From assembly GCF_009914755.1 (NCBI RefSeq), contig NC_060943.1: DNA of 64,000 nt. One strand, 5' to 3'. Of the stretch, positions 28,651 through 43,600 are shown piece by piece. This DNA comes from the human T2T-CHM13v2.0 reference genome, Homo sapiens. The notes under the pieces are model-generated. The model was not told where the DNA came from. It saw only the letters and a list, made by a program, of their open reading frames with translations, and did no database searches. Positions within the stretch are counted from its first letter, which is position 1. Each line of letters begins with the position of its first letter. The position numbers were made by a program, and so were the translations under genes.

Positions 28651-31600
28651 AAAAAGAATGCTTACAAACTGCTCAATCCAAAGTAAGGTTCCACTCCTTG
28701 AGTTGTATGCACACATCACAAAGGAGTTTCTCAGAACGCTTCTTGCTAGTTTTTAGGTGAGGATATTTCCTTTTATACTGTAGGTTTCAAAGCTCTCCAA
28801 ATATCCATTTGCAGATTCTACATAAAGAATGTTTCCATACTGCTCAAGCAAAAGAAAGGTTCCACTCTGTGAGTTGAATGCACACATCACAAAGAAGTTT
28901 CTGAGAATGATTCAGTCTAGTTTTTAGGTGAAGATATTTCCTTTTACATCATAGGCCTCAAAGCGCTTGAAATATCCACTTGCAGATTCTACAAAAAGAG
29001 TGTTTCAAAACTTCCCAACGAAAAGAGTTGCTCAACTGTGTGAGATGAATGCACACATCAAAAAGGAGTTTCTCAGAATGCTTCTGTCTTGTTTTTATGT
29101 GAAGATATTTACTTTTTCACCATAGGCATCAAATCGCTCCAAATATCCACTTGCAGATTCTACAGAAAGAGTGTTTCAAAACTGCTCAATCAAAAGAAAG
29201 GTTCAACTCTGTGAGATGAATGCACGCATCACAAAGAAGTTTCTCAGAATACCTCTGTCTAGTTTTTATGTGAAGATATTTCCTTTTCCAATATAGGCCA
29301 CAAAGCGCTCCAAATATCCACTTGCAGATTCTACAAAAAGTGTGTTTCTCAGAATGCTTCTGTCTAGTTCTTATATGAAGATAACTCCTTTTCCTCTATA
29401 GACCAAAAAGCACTCAAAATATCCTTTTGGAGATAGTACAAAAAGCCTGTTTCCAAACTGCTCAATCAAAAGAAAGTTTTAACTCTGTGAGTTGAAAGCA
29501 TACATCACAAAGAAGTTTCCCAGAATGCTTCTGCTAGTTTTTATGTGAAGATATTTCCTTTCCCAATATAGGCCTCAAACGCTCCAAATATCTACTTGAA
29601 GATACTAGTAAAAGAGTGTTTCAAAACTGCTCAATCAAAACAAAGGTTCAACTCTGTGAGATGAATGCACACATCACAAAGAAGTTTCTTGCAATGCTTC
29701 TGTGTAGTTTTTATGTGAATATATTTCCTATTCCACCTGTGGCCTCATAGTGCTCCAAATATCCTTTTGCAGATAATACAGAAAGACTCTTTCCAAACTA
29801 CTCAATCAGAGAAAAGTTTCAAGTCTGTGAGTTGAATGCGCACATCACAAAGAAGTTTCTCAGAATGCTTCTGTCTAGTTTTTATGTGAAGATATTTCCT
29901 TTTCCACCAGAGCCCTCAAAGGGCTCCAAATATCCACTTGCAGAATCTACAAAATCTGTGGTTCAAAACTGCTCAATCAAAAGAAAGTTTCAACTCTGGG
30001 AGATGAATGTGCACATCACAAAGATGTTTCCCAGAATGCTTCTGTCTAGTTTGTATGTGAAGATATTTTCTTTTCCACTACAGGCTGCAAAGCTCTCCAA
30101 ATATCCCGTTGAAGATTCTAAAAAAAGAGTTTTTCAAAACTGCTAAATCAAAAAAATTTCAAATCTGTGAGATGAATGCACACATCCCAAATTGTTTCTC
30201 AGAATGCTTCTGTTTAGTTTTTACGTGAATATATTTCCTTTTCCACTACAGGCCTCAAATAATTTGAAATATCCATTTGCAGATACTACAAAAAGACTGT
30301 TCCCAAACTGCTTAATGAAAACAAATGTTCAACTGTGTGCGTTGAATGCACACATCACAAAGAAGTTTCTCAGAATGCTTCTGTCTTGTTTTTATATGAA
30401 GATTTTTCCTTTTCCATCATAGGCCTCAATTCGATCTGAATATCCATCTGCACATTCTACAAAAACAGTGTTTCAAAACTGCTCTATCAAAAGAAAAGTT
30501 CAACTCTGTCAAATGAATGTACACATCAAAACGTAGTTTTTCTGAATGCTTCTGTCTAGTTTTTATGTGAAGTTATTTCCTTTTCCACCATAGGCCACAA
30601 AGGGCTCCAAGTAAAAAATTGCAGATTCTATAAAACGAGTGTTTGAAAACTGCTCAATCAAAAGACAGGTTCAACTCTGTGTGATGAATGCACATATCAC
30701 AAAGTAGTTTCTTACAATGCTTCTGTCTAGTATTTATGCGAAGATTTTTCCTTTTCCACCATATGCCTCAAATCGCTCCTAATATCCACTTGCAGATTCT
30801 ACAAAAAGAGTGTTTCAATAGTGCTCAATCAACAGAATGGTTCAGCTCTGGGAGATGAATGCACACATCCCATAGTAGTTTCTCAGAATGCTTTTGTCTC
30901 GTTTTTATGTGAAGATATTCCCGTTTACACTATAGGGCTCAAACCGCTCCAAATATCCATTTGAAGATTCTACAAAAAGTGTTTCTGAAAACTGCTCAAT
31001 AAAAAAAAGCTTCAACTCTTTGAAATGAATGCACACATCCCAAATAATTTCCAAGAATGCATGTGTCTAGTTTTTATGTTAAGATATTTCCTTTTCCACC
31101 ATAGGCCTCTTAGTGCTCCAATTATCCATTTGCAGATACTGCAAAAAGACTGTTTCCAAACTGCTCAAAAAATGAAAAGTACAACTCTGTGAGTTGAATA
31201 CACACATCACAAAGAAGTTTCTCAGAATGTTTCTGTCTAGTTTTTATGTGAAGATATTTCCTTTTCCACCATAGTCCTCATAGTGCTCCAAATATCCACT
31301 TGCAGATTCTACAAAAGGAGTGTTTCAATACTGCTCAATCAAAAGAAAGGTTCAACTCTGTGAGATGAATGCACACATCAAAAGAAGTTACTCAGAATTC
31401 TTCTGACTAGATTTTATGTCAAGATATTTCCTTTTCCACTATAGGCTTCAAAGCGCTTCAAATATACATTTGCAGATAATATAAACAGACTGTTTCCAAA
31501 CTGCTGAATCAAAAGAAAGGTACAACTCAGTGAGTTGAATGCAAACATCACAAACAATTTTCTCAGAATGCTTCTGTCTATTTTATATCTGAAGATATTT

Positions 31601-34600
31601 CCTTTTCCATTATAGGCCTCAATACGCTCCAAATATCCATTCAAAGATACTACAAAAAGACTGTTTCCAACTTGCTCAATCAAAAAAACATTGAACTCTG
31701 TGATTTGAATGCACACATCACAAAGTAGTTTCTCAAAATGCTTCTGTCTAGTTTTTAGGTGAAGATGTTTCCTTTTCCACCATAGGCCTCAAATCACTCC
31801 AAATATCCTCTTGCAGATTCCACAAAAAGAGTGTTTGAAAAACTGCTCAATCTAAAGAAAGGTTCACCTCTTTGAGATGAATGTACACAACACAAAGAAG
31901 TTTCTCAGAAAGCATCTGTGTAGTTTTATGTGAAGATATTTCCCTTTCCACTATAGGTCTCAATGCGCTCCAAATGTCCACTTGCAGATACTACAAAAAG
32001 TCTGTTTCCAAACTGCACAATCAAAAGAAAAGTTCAACTCTGTGAGTTGAATGCCCACATCACAAAAAAGTTTCTCAGGATTGTGAAGTCTAGTTTTTAT
32101 GTGAAGATATTCCTTTTTCTACTATAAGTCACAGAACACTCCAAATAGCCACTTGCAGATCCTACAAAAATAGTGTATCAAAACTGCTCAATCAAAGGAA
32201 AGTATCAACTCTCTAAGATGAATGCACACATAACAAAGAAGTTTCTCAGAATGCTTCTGTTTAGTTTTTACGTGAAGATTTTTCCTTTTCCACGATAGGC
32301 CTCAAAGCGCTCCAAATACCCATTTTCAGATTCTGCTAAAATAATCTTTCAAAACTGCTCAAGGAAAAGAAAGTTTCAACCCTGTGAGATGAATGCAAAC
32401 GTCACAAAGAAGTTTCTCAGAATGCTACTATCTAGTTTCTATATGAAGATATTTCCTTTTCCACCATTGGTCTCAAAGCTCTCCAAATATCCACTTGCAG
32501 ATTCTACAAAAATAGTGTTTCCAAACTCCTCAATGAAAAGAAAGTTTCAAGTCTGTGGGATGAATGCACACATCACAAAGAAGTTTAACAGAATGCTTCC
32601 ATCTAGTTTTTATGTGAAGACATTTCATTTTCCACTGTAGGCCTCGATGTGCTCCAAATATTCATTTGTAGATGCTACAAAAAGACTGGTACCAAACTGT
32701 TCAATCAAAAGAAAAGTTGAACTCTCTGAGTTGAATGCACTCATCTCAAGGAATTTTCTAAGAATGCTTGTGTCTAGTTTTTATGTGAAGATATTTCATT
32801 TTCCACTATAGGCCACAAAGTGCTCCAAGTATCCACTTGCAGATTATACAAAAAGAGTGTTTCAAAACTGCTCAAACAAAGGAAATGTTCACATCTGTGA
32901 GATAAATGGACACATAACAAAGAAGTTCTTCAGAATGATTGTGTCTATTTTTTATTTGAAGATATTTCCTTTTCCATTATAGGCTGCAAAACACTCCAAA
33001 TATCCATTTGCAGTTAATATAAAAAGACTGTTTCCATACTGCTGAATCAAAAGAAATATTCAACTCTCTGAGTTGAATCCAAACATCACAAAGAATTTTC
33101 TCAGAATGTTTCTGTCTAGTTTTTATGTGAAGATACTTCCTTATCCCCTATAGGTCTCATTGCACTCCAAATATCCATTTGCAGATAGTATAAAAAAGAC
33201 GGTTTCCAAACTGCTCAATCAAAAGAAAGGTTCACCTCTGTTAGTTGAATGCACACATGGGAAAAAAGTTTCTAAGAATGCTTCTGTGTAGCTTTTATGT
33301 GAAGATATTTCCTTTCCACCATAGGTCTCAAAGCGCTCCAAATATCCACTTGCAAATTCTACAAAAATAATGTTTCAAAACTCCTCAATCAAAAGATAGG
33401 TTCAACTCTGTGAGTTGAATTCACACATCATAAAGAAATTTCTCACAATGCTTCCGTCTAGTTTTTATGTGAAGATATTTTCCACCACAGGCCGCAAATC
33501 ACTCCAAACATCTGCTTGCAGATTCGACAAAAAGAGTGTTTCAAAACTGTTCAATCAAAAGAAAGTTTCAACTTTGTGAGGTGAATGCACACATCAAAAC
33601 TAAGTTTCTCAGAATGTTTCTGTCTAGTTTTTATGTGAAGAGAATTCCTTTTCCAGTATAAGCCACAATGCGATTCAAATATCCACCTGCAGATCCTACA
33701 AAAAGAGTGTTACAGAACTGCTCAATCAAAAGAAAAATTCAACCCTGTGGAGATGAATTCACACATCACAAAGATGTTTCTCAGAATGCTTCTGTATAGT
33801 TGTTAAGTGAAGAGACTTCCTTTTCCACCACAGGCCTCAAAGCAGTCCAAAATCCTTTTGCATGTAGTAAAAAAAGATGGTTTCCAAACTTCACAATCAA
33901 AAGAAAGGTTCAACTCTGTGAGATGAATGCACACTTCACAAAGAAGTTTCTCAGAATGCTTCTGTCTAGTTTTTATGTGAAGATATTTCCTTTTCCACAA
34001 TAGGCCTCAAAGTGCTCCAAATATACTCTTGCAGATACTACAAAAATACGGTTTCCAAACTGCTCAATAAAGGAAAGGTACAACTCTGTGAGTGCAATGC
34101 ACACATCACAAAGAAGTATCTCAGAATGCTTCTGTCTATTTTCTATGTGTAGATATTTCCTTTTCTACCATAGGCCACAAAGCACTCCAAATATCCACTT
34201 GCAGATTTTACAGAAACATTGTTTCAAAACTGCTCAATCTAAAGAAAGGTTCAACTGTGTGAGACAAATGCACACATCACAAAGAAGTTTCTCAAAATGC
34301 TTCTGTCTAGTTTTTATGTGAAGATATTACCTTTTCCCCTATAGCCCGCAAAGCACTCCATATATCCACTTGCAGATTCTACAGACAGAGTGTCTCAATA
34401 CTGCTCAATGCAAAAAAATTTCAACTCCGTGAGATGAATGCACACATCACAAAGAAGTTTCTCAGAATGCTTCTGTCTAGTTTTTATGTGACGATATTTC
34501 CTTTTCCACCAGAGGCCTCAAAACCCTCCAAATATACTCTTGCAGACACTACAAAAATACGGTTTCCAAACTGTTTAATCAAAAGAAATTTTCAACTCTG

Positions 34601-37600
34601 TGAGTGCAGTGCACACATCACAAAGAAGTATCTCAGAATGCTTCTATCTATTTTCTATGTGTAGATATTTCCTTTTCCACCGTAGGCCTCAAAGCACTTG
34701 AAGTATCCACTTGCAGATTCTACAAAAAGAGTGTTTCAAAACTGCTCAATCAAAAGAAAGGTTCAACTCTGTCAGTTGAATGCACACATCACAAAGAAGT
34801 TTCTCAGAATGCTTCTGTCTGGTTTTGATGTGAGGATATTACCTTTTCCACTATAGGCCACAAAGCGCTCCGAATATCCAGTTTCAGAATCTACAAAGGA
34901 GTGTTTCAAAACTGCTCAATCAAAAGAAAGTTTCAACTCTGTGAGATGAATACACACATCACAAAGAAGTTTCTCAGAATGCTTCTGTGTAGTTTTTATG
35001 TGAAGATATTTCCTTTTCCACTATAGTCTCCAAAGTGCTCCAAATATCCATTTGCAGATACAAGAGAAAGACTATTTCCAAACTGCTCAATCAAAACAAA
35101 TGTTAAACTCTGTGAGTTGAATGCACACATCACAAAGAAGTTTCTCAGAATGCTTCTGTCTAGTTTTTATGTGAAGATATTTCCTTTTCCACAATAGGAC
35201 TCAAAGGGCTCCAAATATCCACTTGCAGATTCTTCAAACAGAGTGTTTCAAAACTGCTCAATCAAAAGGAAATTTCAACTCTGTTAGATGAATGCACACA
35301 AAAGAAAGAAGTTTCTGAGAATACTTCTGTCTAGTTTTTATGTGAAGATATTTCCTTTTCCACCATAAGCCCCAAAGCACTCCAAATATCCACATGCAGA
35401 TTCTACATAAAGAATGTTTCAAAACTGCTCAATAAAAGGAAAGGTTTAGCTATGGGAGATGAATGCACACATCACAAAGAAGTTTCTCGGAATGCTTCTG
35501 TCTAGTTTTCATGTGAAGAGATTTCCTTTTCCACTAAAAGACGCAAAGCTCTCCAAATATCCACTTGCAGATTCTACAGAAAGAGTGTTTCAAAACGGCT
35601 CATCAAAAGAAAGTTTCAATTCTATGAGATGAATGCCCACATCACAACGTAGTTTCTCATAATGTCTCTGTCTAGTTTTTATGTGAAGATATTTCCTTTT
35701 CCATCATAGTCCCCAAAGCCCTCCAAATATCCATTTGCAGATACTTCAAAAACATTCTTTCCAAACTGCTTAATGAAAAGTAAGGTTCAAATCTGTGAGA
35801 TGAATGCACATATCACAAAGAAGTTTCTCAGAATGCTTCTGTCTTGTTTTTATGTGAAGATTATTCCTTTTCCACCATAGGCCTCAATGCGCTCCAAAGA
35901 TCCATTTGTAGATAATACAAAAAGAGTGTTTCCAAAAGGCAGAATCAAAAGAAATGTTCAACTCTGTGAGATGAATGCACTCATATGAAAGAGGTTTCTC
36001 AGAATTCTTCTGTTAAGTTTTTTGTGAAGATAATTCCTATTACCGCAGAGCCATCAAATGGCTCCCATATATCCCTTTACAGATCCTACAAAACGACTGT
36101 TTCCAAGATGATCAATTAAAAGAAAGTTTCAAATCCATGAGATGAATGCACACATAACAAATAGTATTCTCAGCATGCTTTTGTCTGCTTTTTATGTAAA
36201 GATATTTCCTTTTCCACCATAGGCCTCACAGTGATCCAAATATCCACTTGCAGATACTACAAATGAGTGTTTCAAAACTGCTCAATCAAACGAAAGGAAC
36301 CACACTGTGAGATGAATACACACATCACAATGTAGTTTCTGAGAATGTTTCTGTCTACTTTGTATGTGAAGTTATTTCCTTTTCCTCCATAGGTTTCAAA
36401 GCGCTCCAAATTTCCATTTGCAGACACTACAAAAAGATTATTTCCAAATTGCTCAATGAAAAGTAAGGTTCAAATATTTGAGATGAATGCACACATCACA
36501 AAGAAGTTTCTCAGAATGCTTCTGTCTTGTTTTTATGTGAAGATTGTTCCTTTTCCACCATAGGCCTCAATGAGCTCCAAAGATCCATTTGTAGATAATA
36601 CAAAAAGAGTATTTCTGAACTGCTCAATCAAAAGAAATGTTCAACTGTGTGGGATGAATGCACTCATAAGAAAGAAGTTTCTCAGAATGCTGCTGTGTAG
36701 TTTTTATGTGAAGATATTTCCTTTTCCACTATAGGCCTCAAAAGCTCCAAATATCCATTTGCAGATACTGCAAAAGACTGTGTCCAAACTGCTCAATCAA
36801 AAGAATGGTTCAACTCTGAGAGATTAATGCTCATATCACCAAGAATTTTTCAGAATGTTTCTGTCTAATTTTTGTGTGAAGATATTTTCTTTTGCACCAT
36901 AGGACTCAAAGCGCTCCAAATATACGTTTGCAGATACTGCAGAAAGACTGTTTCGAAACTGTGCAATCAAAAGAAATGTTCAACACTGTGAGATTATTGC
37001 ACATATCACTAAGTAGTCTCTGAGAACGCTTCTGTCTTGTTTTTAGGTGAAGATATTTCCTTTTCCACCATAGGCCTCAAAGTCCTCCATATATCCACTG
37101 CAGATTCTACAAAAAGAATGTTTCAAAACTGCTCAATCAAAAGAAAGTTTCAACTCTGTGAGATGAATGTGCACATCACAAAACAGTTTCTCAGAATGCT
37201 TCTGTCTAATTTTTATGTGAAGATATTTCCTTTTCCACTATACACCACAAAGGGCTCCACATATCCACCTACAGATTCTACAAAGAGTGTTTCCAAACTG
37301 CTCAATCAAAAGAAAGATTCAACCCCGTGAGATGAATGCACACATCACAATGTAGTTTTTCAGAATACTTCTGTCTATTTTTTATGTAAAGCTATTTCCT
37401 TTTCCACCATATGCCCAAAGCGCTCCAAATATCCACTTGCAGATACTACAAGAAGACTGTTACCAAACTGCTTAGTAAAAAGAAATATTCAACTCTGTGA
37501 GATAAATGCACACATCACAAAGAAGTATCTCAGAATACTTCTGTCTAGTTTTTATGTGAAGATATTTCCTTCTCCTCCATAGGCCTCAAAGTGCTCCAAA

Positions 37601-40600
37601 TAACCATTTGCAGATAGTACAAAAAGGCTCTTTCCAAACTGCTCAATCAAAAGAAAGGTTCCACTCTGTGAGATGAATGCACACATCAAAAAGCAGTTTG
37701 TCAGAGTGTTTCTGTCTAGTTTTTATGGGAATATAGTTTCTTTTCCACCATAGACCTCAAACACTCCAAATATCCACTTGCAGGTTCTACAAAAAGTGTG
37801 TTTCCAAACTGCTCAATCAAAAGAAAAGTTCAACTCTGTGAGATGAATTCACAAATTCAGAAAGAAGTTTCTCAGAATGTTTCTGTTTAGTTTTTACGTG
37901 TTCGTAATTCCTTTTTCACCATAGGCCACAATGTGCTCCAAATATCCATTTGCACAAACTTCAAAACGACTGTTTCCAAACTTGTCAATCAAAAGAAAGG
38001 TTCACCTCTGTGAGATGAAGATACGCATCACAAAGAAGTTTCTCAGAAAACTTCTGTCTCGTTTTTCTGTGAAGTTATTTCCTTTTCCACCCTAGGCCTC
38101 AAAGCGCTGCAAATATCCACTTGTAGATTCTACAAAACCTGTGTTTCAAAACTGCTCAATCAAAATAAATTTTCAACTCTGAGATGAAAGCAGACAACAC
38201 AAAGTGTTTCTCAGAAAGTTTCTATCTATTTTTTCTGTGAAGATAATTCTTATTTCCCAGAGGCATCAAAGGGCTCACAAATATCCCTTTCCAGATTCTG
38301 CAAAACGACTGTTCCAAACTGCTCAATCATAAGAAATGTTCAACTCTGTGAGATAAATGCACACATAACAAAGAAGTTTCTCAGAATGCTTCTGTCAAGT
38401 TAGTATGAGAAAATATATCTCTTTTCACCACAGAACTCAATGAGCTCGTAATATCCATTTGCACATACTACAAAAAGATTGTTTCCAACATGCTCAATGA
38501 AAACAAAGGGCCAACACCCTGAGATGAATTCACACATCACAAAGAAGTTTCTGAGAATGCTTCTGTCTAGTTTTTATGTGAAGATATTTCCTTTTCCACC
38601 ATAGGCCTCAAAGTACTCCAAATATCCACTTGCAGATTCTTAAAAAGAGTGTTTCCAAACTATTCAATCAAAAGAAAGATTCAACTCCGTGAGATGATTG
38701 CACACATCACAAAGAGGTTTCTCAGAATGTTTCTCTCTAGTTTTTATGTGAAGATATTTCCTTTCCCAACATAGTCCTCAAATCGCTCAAAATATCAACT
38801 TGCAGATTCTAAAAAGGAGTGTCTCAAAACTGCTCAATCAAAAGAAAAATTCAACTCTGTGAGATGAATGCACACATCACGAAGAAGTTTCTCAGAATGC
38901 TTCTATCCAGTTTTTATGTGAAGATTTTTCCTTTTCTACCATAGGCTGCAAAGCTCTCCAAATATTCAATTGCAGATACTACAAAAAGACTGTTTCCAAA
39001 CTGCTCTATAAAAAGAAAGTTTCAACTCTGTGAGAATAATGCGCACATCACAAAGAAGTTTCTCAGAAGGCTTCTGTCTAGTTTTTATGTGAAGATATAT
39101 CCTTTTCCACCATAGGCCTCAAAGCGCTCCAAAAATTGTATTGCAGATTCAACAAAAAGAGTGTTTCAAAACTGCTCAATTAAAAGAAAGGTTCAACTCT
39201 GTGAGATGAATGCACACATCACAAAGAAGTTTCTCAGAATGCTTCTGTCTAGTTTTTGTGTGAAGTTCATTCCTTTTCCACCATAGGCCTCAAATCACTC
39301 TGAATATCCAAATGCAGATTCTCAAAAAAGAGTGTTTCCAAATGGCTCAATCAAAAGAAATTTCAACTCTGTAGATGAATACACACGTCACAAAGAACTT
39401 CCTCAGATTGCTTCTGTCTAGTTTTTATGTGAAGATATTTCCTTTTCCACCATAGGCCTCAAAGCACTCCAAATATCCATTTGCAGATACTACAAAAAGA
39501 CTGTTTCCAAATTGCTCAATCAAAAGAAAGTTTCAACTCTGTGAGATCGAGGCACACGTCACAAAGAAATTTCTCAGAAATTTTCTGACTAGTTTTTATT
39601 TGAAGAAATTTCCATTATGACTAGAGGCCTTAAAGTGCTCCAAATATTATCATGCCGATACTACAAAAAAGACTGTTTCCAAACTGCTCAATAAAAAAAA
39701 AAGGTTTATCTCTGTGAGATGAATGCACACATCACAAAGAAGTTTCTCAGAAAGTTTCTGTCGAGTTTTTATTTGAAGACATTTCCCATTTCCCCTTAGG
39801 TCTCAATGGGCTCAGAAATGTACCATTGCAGAGTCTACAAAACGAAGGTTTCCAAACTGCTAAATCAAAAGAAAGATTCAATTCTGTGAGATGAATGCAA
39901 ACATCACAAATAGTTTTCTCAGAATGCTTCTGTCTAGTTTTTATGTGAAGATATTTCTTTTTCACCATATGCCTCAAACAGCACAGAAATATCCGTTTGC
40001 AGATTGTACAAATACTGGTTCCAAACTGCTCAATCAAAAGAAAGGCTCAACTCTGTGAGATGAAGGCACATATCACAAAGAATTTTCTCAGAATGCTTCT
40101 GTCTAGTTTCTATGTGAAGATATTTCCTTTTTCACCATTGGCCTCAAAGCACTCCATATATCCATTTGCAGATACTACAAAAATACTGTTTCCAAACTTC
40201 TCATTCAAAAAAAAGGTTCAACTATGTGAGTTGAATACACACATCACAAAGAAGTTTGTCAGAATCCCTCTGTCTAGTTTTTATGTGAAGATATTTCCTT
40301 TTCCACCATATTCCTCAAAGCGCTCCAAATATCCATTTGCAGATTCTACCAAAAGAGTGTTTCAAAACTACTCAATCAAAAGAAAAGGTCAACTCTTTGA
40401 GATGAATGCATACTTCACAAAGTAGTTTCTGAGAATGCTTCTGTCTAGTTTTTTTGTGATGATATTTCCTTTTTTACCATAGGCCTCAAAGCTATCCAAA
40501 TATCCATTTGCAGATACTACAAAAAGACTGTTTCCAAACTGCTCAATTGAAAGAAAGTTTATTGTATGTGTTGAACGCACACATTAGAAAGAAGTTAGTC

Positions 40601-43600
40601 AGAAATTTTCTGTCTAGTTTTTAGGTGGAGATATCTCCTATTTCACCATAAGCCTCAATGGGCTCACAAACATCCCTTTGCAGATTCTACAAAACGAGTG
40701 TTTCCAAACTGCTAAATCAAAAGAAACGTTCAACTCTGTGAGATGAATGCACAAATCACAAAGAAGTTTCTCAGAATGCTTCTGTCTAGTTTTTATGTGA
40801 AGATATTTCTTTTTCACCCTAGGCCTCAAACGGCATACAAATATCCATTTGCAGATTATACAAAGACTGTCTCCAAACTGCTCAATCAAAAGAAAAGTTC
40901 AACTCTGTGAGATGAAGGAACACATCACAAAGGAGTTTCTCAGAATGTTTCTGTCTAGTTTTTATGTGAATATATTTCCTATTTCCCCATAGGCCTCAAT
41001 GGGCTTTCAAATACACCTCAGCAGTTTCTACAAAACGACTGCTTCCAAGCTGCTCAATCAAAGGAAAGTTTCAACTCTGTGAAATGAAAGCACACATCAG
41101 AAAGGAGTTTCTTGTAAAGCTTCTGTCTTTTTTTTGTGTATAGGTATTTCCTATTTCCCCAGAGGCCTCAATGGGTTCACAAACATCCTTCTGTAGATTA
41201 TAAAAAACGACTGTTTCCAAACTGCTCAATCAAAAGAAATGTTCAACTCTTTGAGATGAATGCACACATCAAAAAGAAGTTTCTCAGAATGCTTCTATCT
41301 AGTTTTTATGTGAACATATTTCCTTCTCTAAAATAGTCCTGAAAGTGCTCCAAATATCCACTTGCAGATTATAAAAAAAGAGTGTTTCCAAACTGCTCAA
41401 TCAAAAAAAATTTCAACTCTGTGAGATGAATGCACACATCAAAAAGAAGTTTCTCAGAATGCTTCTGTCTAGTCTTTTTGTGAAGATATTTCCTTTTCCA
41501 CCGCAGGCCTCAAAGCACTCCAAATATCCATTTACAGATTCTCCAAAAAGAGTGTTTCACAAATTAGTTTCTCAGAAACCTTCTGTCTAGTTTTTATGTG
41601 AATATATTTCCTATTTCCCCATTGGCCATAAATGGCTCACAAATATCCCTGTGCAGATTCTGTGAAAAGACTGTTTCCTAACTGCTCAATCAAAAGAAAG
41701 TTTCAACACTCTGAGATGAATGCACACATTCCAAAGTAGTTCCTCAGAAACCTATTGTTTAGTTTTTATATGAAGATATTGTCTTTTTCACTGTAGGCTT
41801 CAAAGCACTCCAAATATACCTTTGCAGATTCTACAAAAGTACTGTTTCTAAACTGTTCAAACAAAAGAAAGAATCAACTCTGTGAGATGACTGCACACAT
41901 CACAAAGTAGTTTCTCAGAATGCTTCTGTCCAGTTTTTATGTGAAGATATTTCCTTTTTCGCAATTGGCCTCAAAGCATTCCAAATATCCATTTGCTAAT
42001 TCTACAAAAAGACTATTTCCAAAGTGCTCAATCAAAAGAAAAGTTCAACTCTGAGATGAAAGCATACCTTACAAAGCAGATTCTGAGAAAGCTTCTGTCT
42101 CGTTTTTATGTGAAGATATTTTCTATTTAACCATAGGCCAAAATGTGCTCACAAATATCCCTTTGCACATTATACAAAAAGGCTGTTTCCAGACTGCTCA
42201 ATTGAAAGAAAGGTTCAAATCACTGAGATGAACACACACATTACAAAAAAGTTCATCAGAATGCTTCTGTCTACTTTTAATGTGAAGATATTTCTTTATC
42301 ACCATAGGCATCAAATGGCTCGGATATATCCCTTTGCAGAGTGTTCAAAAAGACTGTTTTGACACTGCTCAATTGAAAGAAAAGTTCAACTCTGTGAGAT
42401 GAATGCACACATCCTAAAGAATTTTCTCAGAAAGCTTCTGTCTAGTTTTTATGTGAAGGTATTTCCTATTTCACCATAGGCCATAAATGGCTCAAAAAAA
42501 TCACTGTGCAGATTCTACGAGAAGACTGTTTCCAAACTGCTCAGTCAAAATAAATGTTCACCTCTTTGGGATGAATGCACACATCCCAAGAAGTTTCGCA
42601 GAATACTTCTGTCTAGATTTTATATGTAGATATTTCCTTTTATGCCATAGGAGCCAAAGCACTCCAAATATCCATTTGCAGATTCTACAAAAAGACTGTT
42701 TCCAAACGAAACGGGTGAATCAAAAGAAATGTTCAACTCTGTGAGATGAAAGCATACATTAAAAAGAAGCTTCTCAGAAAACTTCTTTCTCGTTTTTATG
42801 TGAAGATATTACCTATTTCACCATATGCCATAATGGGCTTACAAATATCCCTGTGCAGATTCTATGAAAAGAATGTTTCCAAAGTGCTCAATCAAAAGAA
42901 AATTTCAAATCTGTGACATGAATGCACACATCACAAATAAGTTTCCCAGAAAGCTTCTATTTAGTTTTTATGTGAAGATATTTCCTTTTTCACCAAAGGC
43001 CTCAAAGCGCTCCAAATATCCATTTGCAGATTCTACAAAAAGGGTATTTCCAACCTGCTCAATTGAAAGAAAGGTTCAACTCTGTGAGATGAATGGATAC
43101 ATTTCAAAGAAGAGTCTCAGAAAGCTTCTGTCTAGTTTTTATGTGAAGATATTTCCTATTTCACCTTAGGGCATAAAGGGCTCTCAAATATCCCTGTGCA
43201 GATTCTATGAAAAAACTGTTTCCAAATTGCTGAATCAAGAGAAAGTTTAAACTCTGTGAGATGAGTACACACATCACAAAGATCCTTCTCAGAAACCTTC
43301 TGTTTAATTTTTATGGGAAGATATTTCCTTTTTCACCATAGGCCTTTAACCGGTCACAAATATCCCTCTACAGATACTACAAAAAGACTGTTTCCAAAGT
43401 GCTCCATCAAAAGAAAGGTTCAATTCTGTGAGATTAATACAGGCATCACAAAGAAGTTTCTCAGAATGCTTCTGTCTAGTTTTTATGTGAAGATATTTTC
43501 TATTTCACAATAGGCCATAAGGGACTCTCAAATGTCCCTGTGGAGATTCTACAAAAAGACTGTTTCCAAACTGCTCAATCAAAAGAAAAGTTCAACTTTG

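Noticed and set aside
42700-42720. gaaacggg resembling half a CENP-B box
   Set aside because: It arises from a small local duplication (aaacgaaacg), sits at the wrong monomer position and lacks TTCG.
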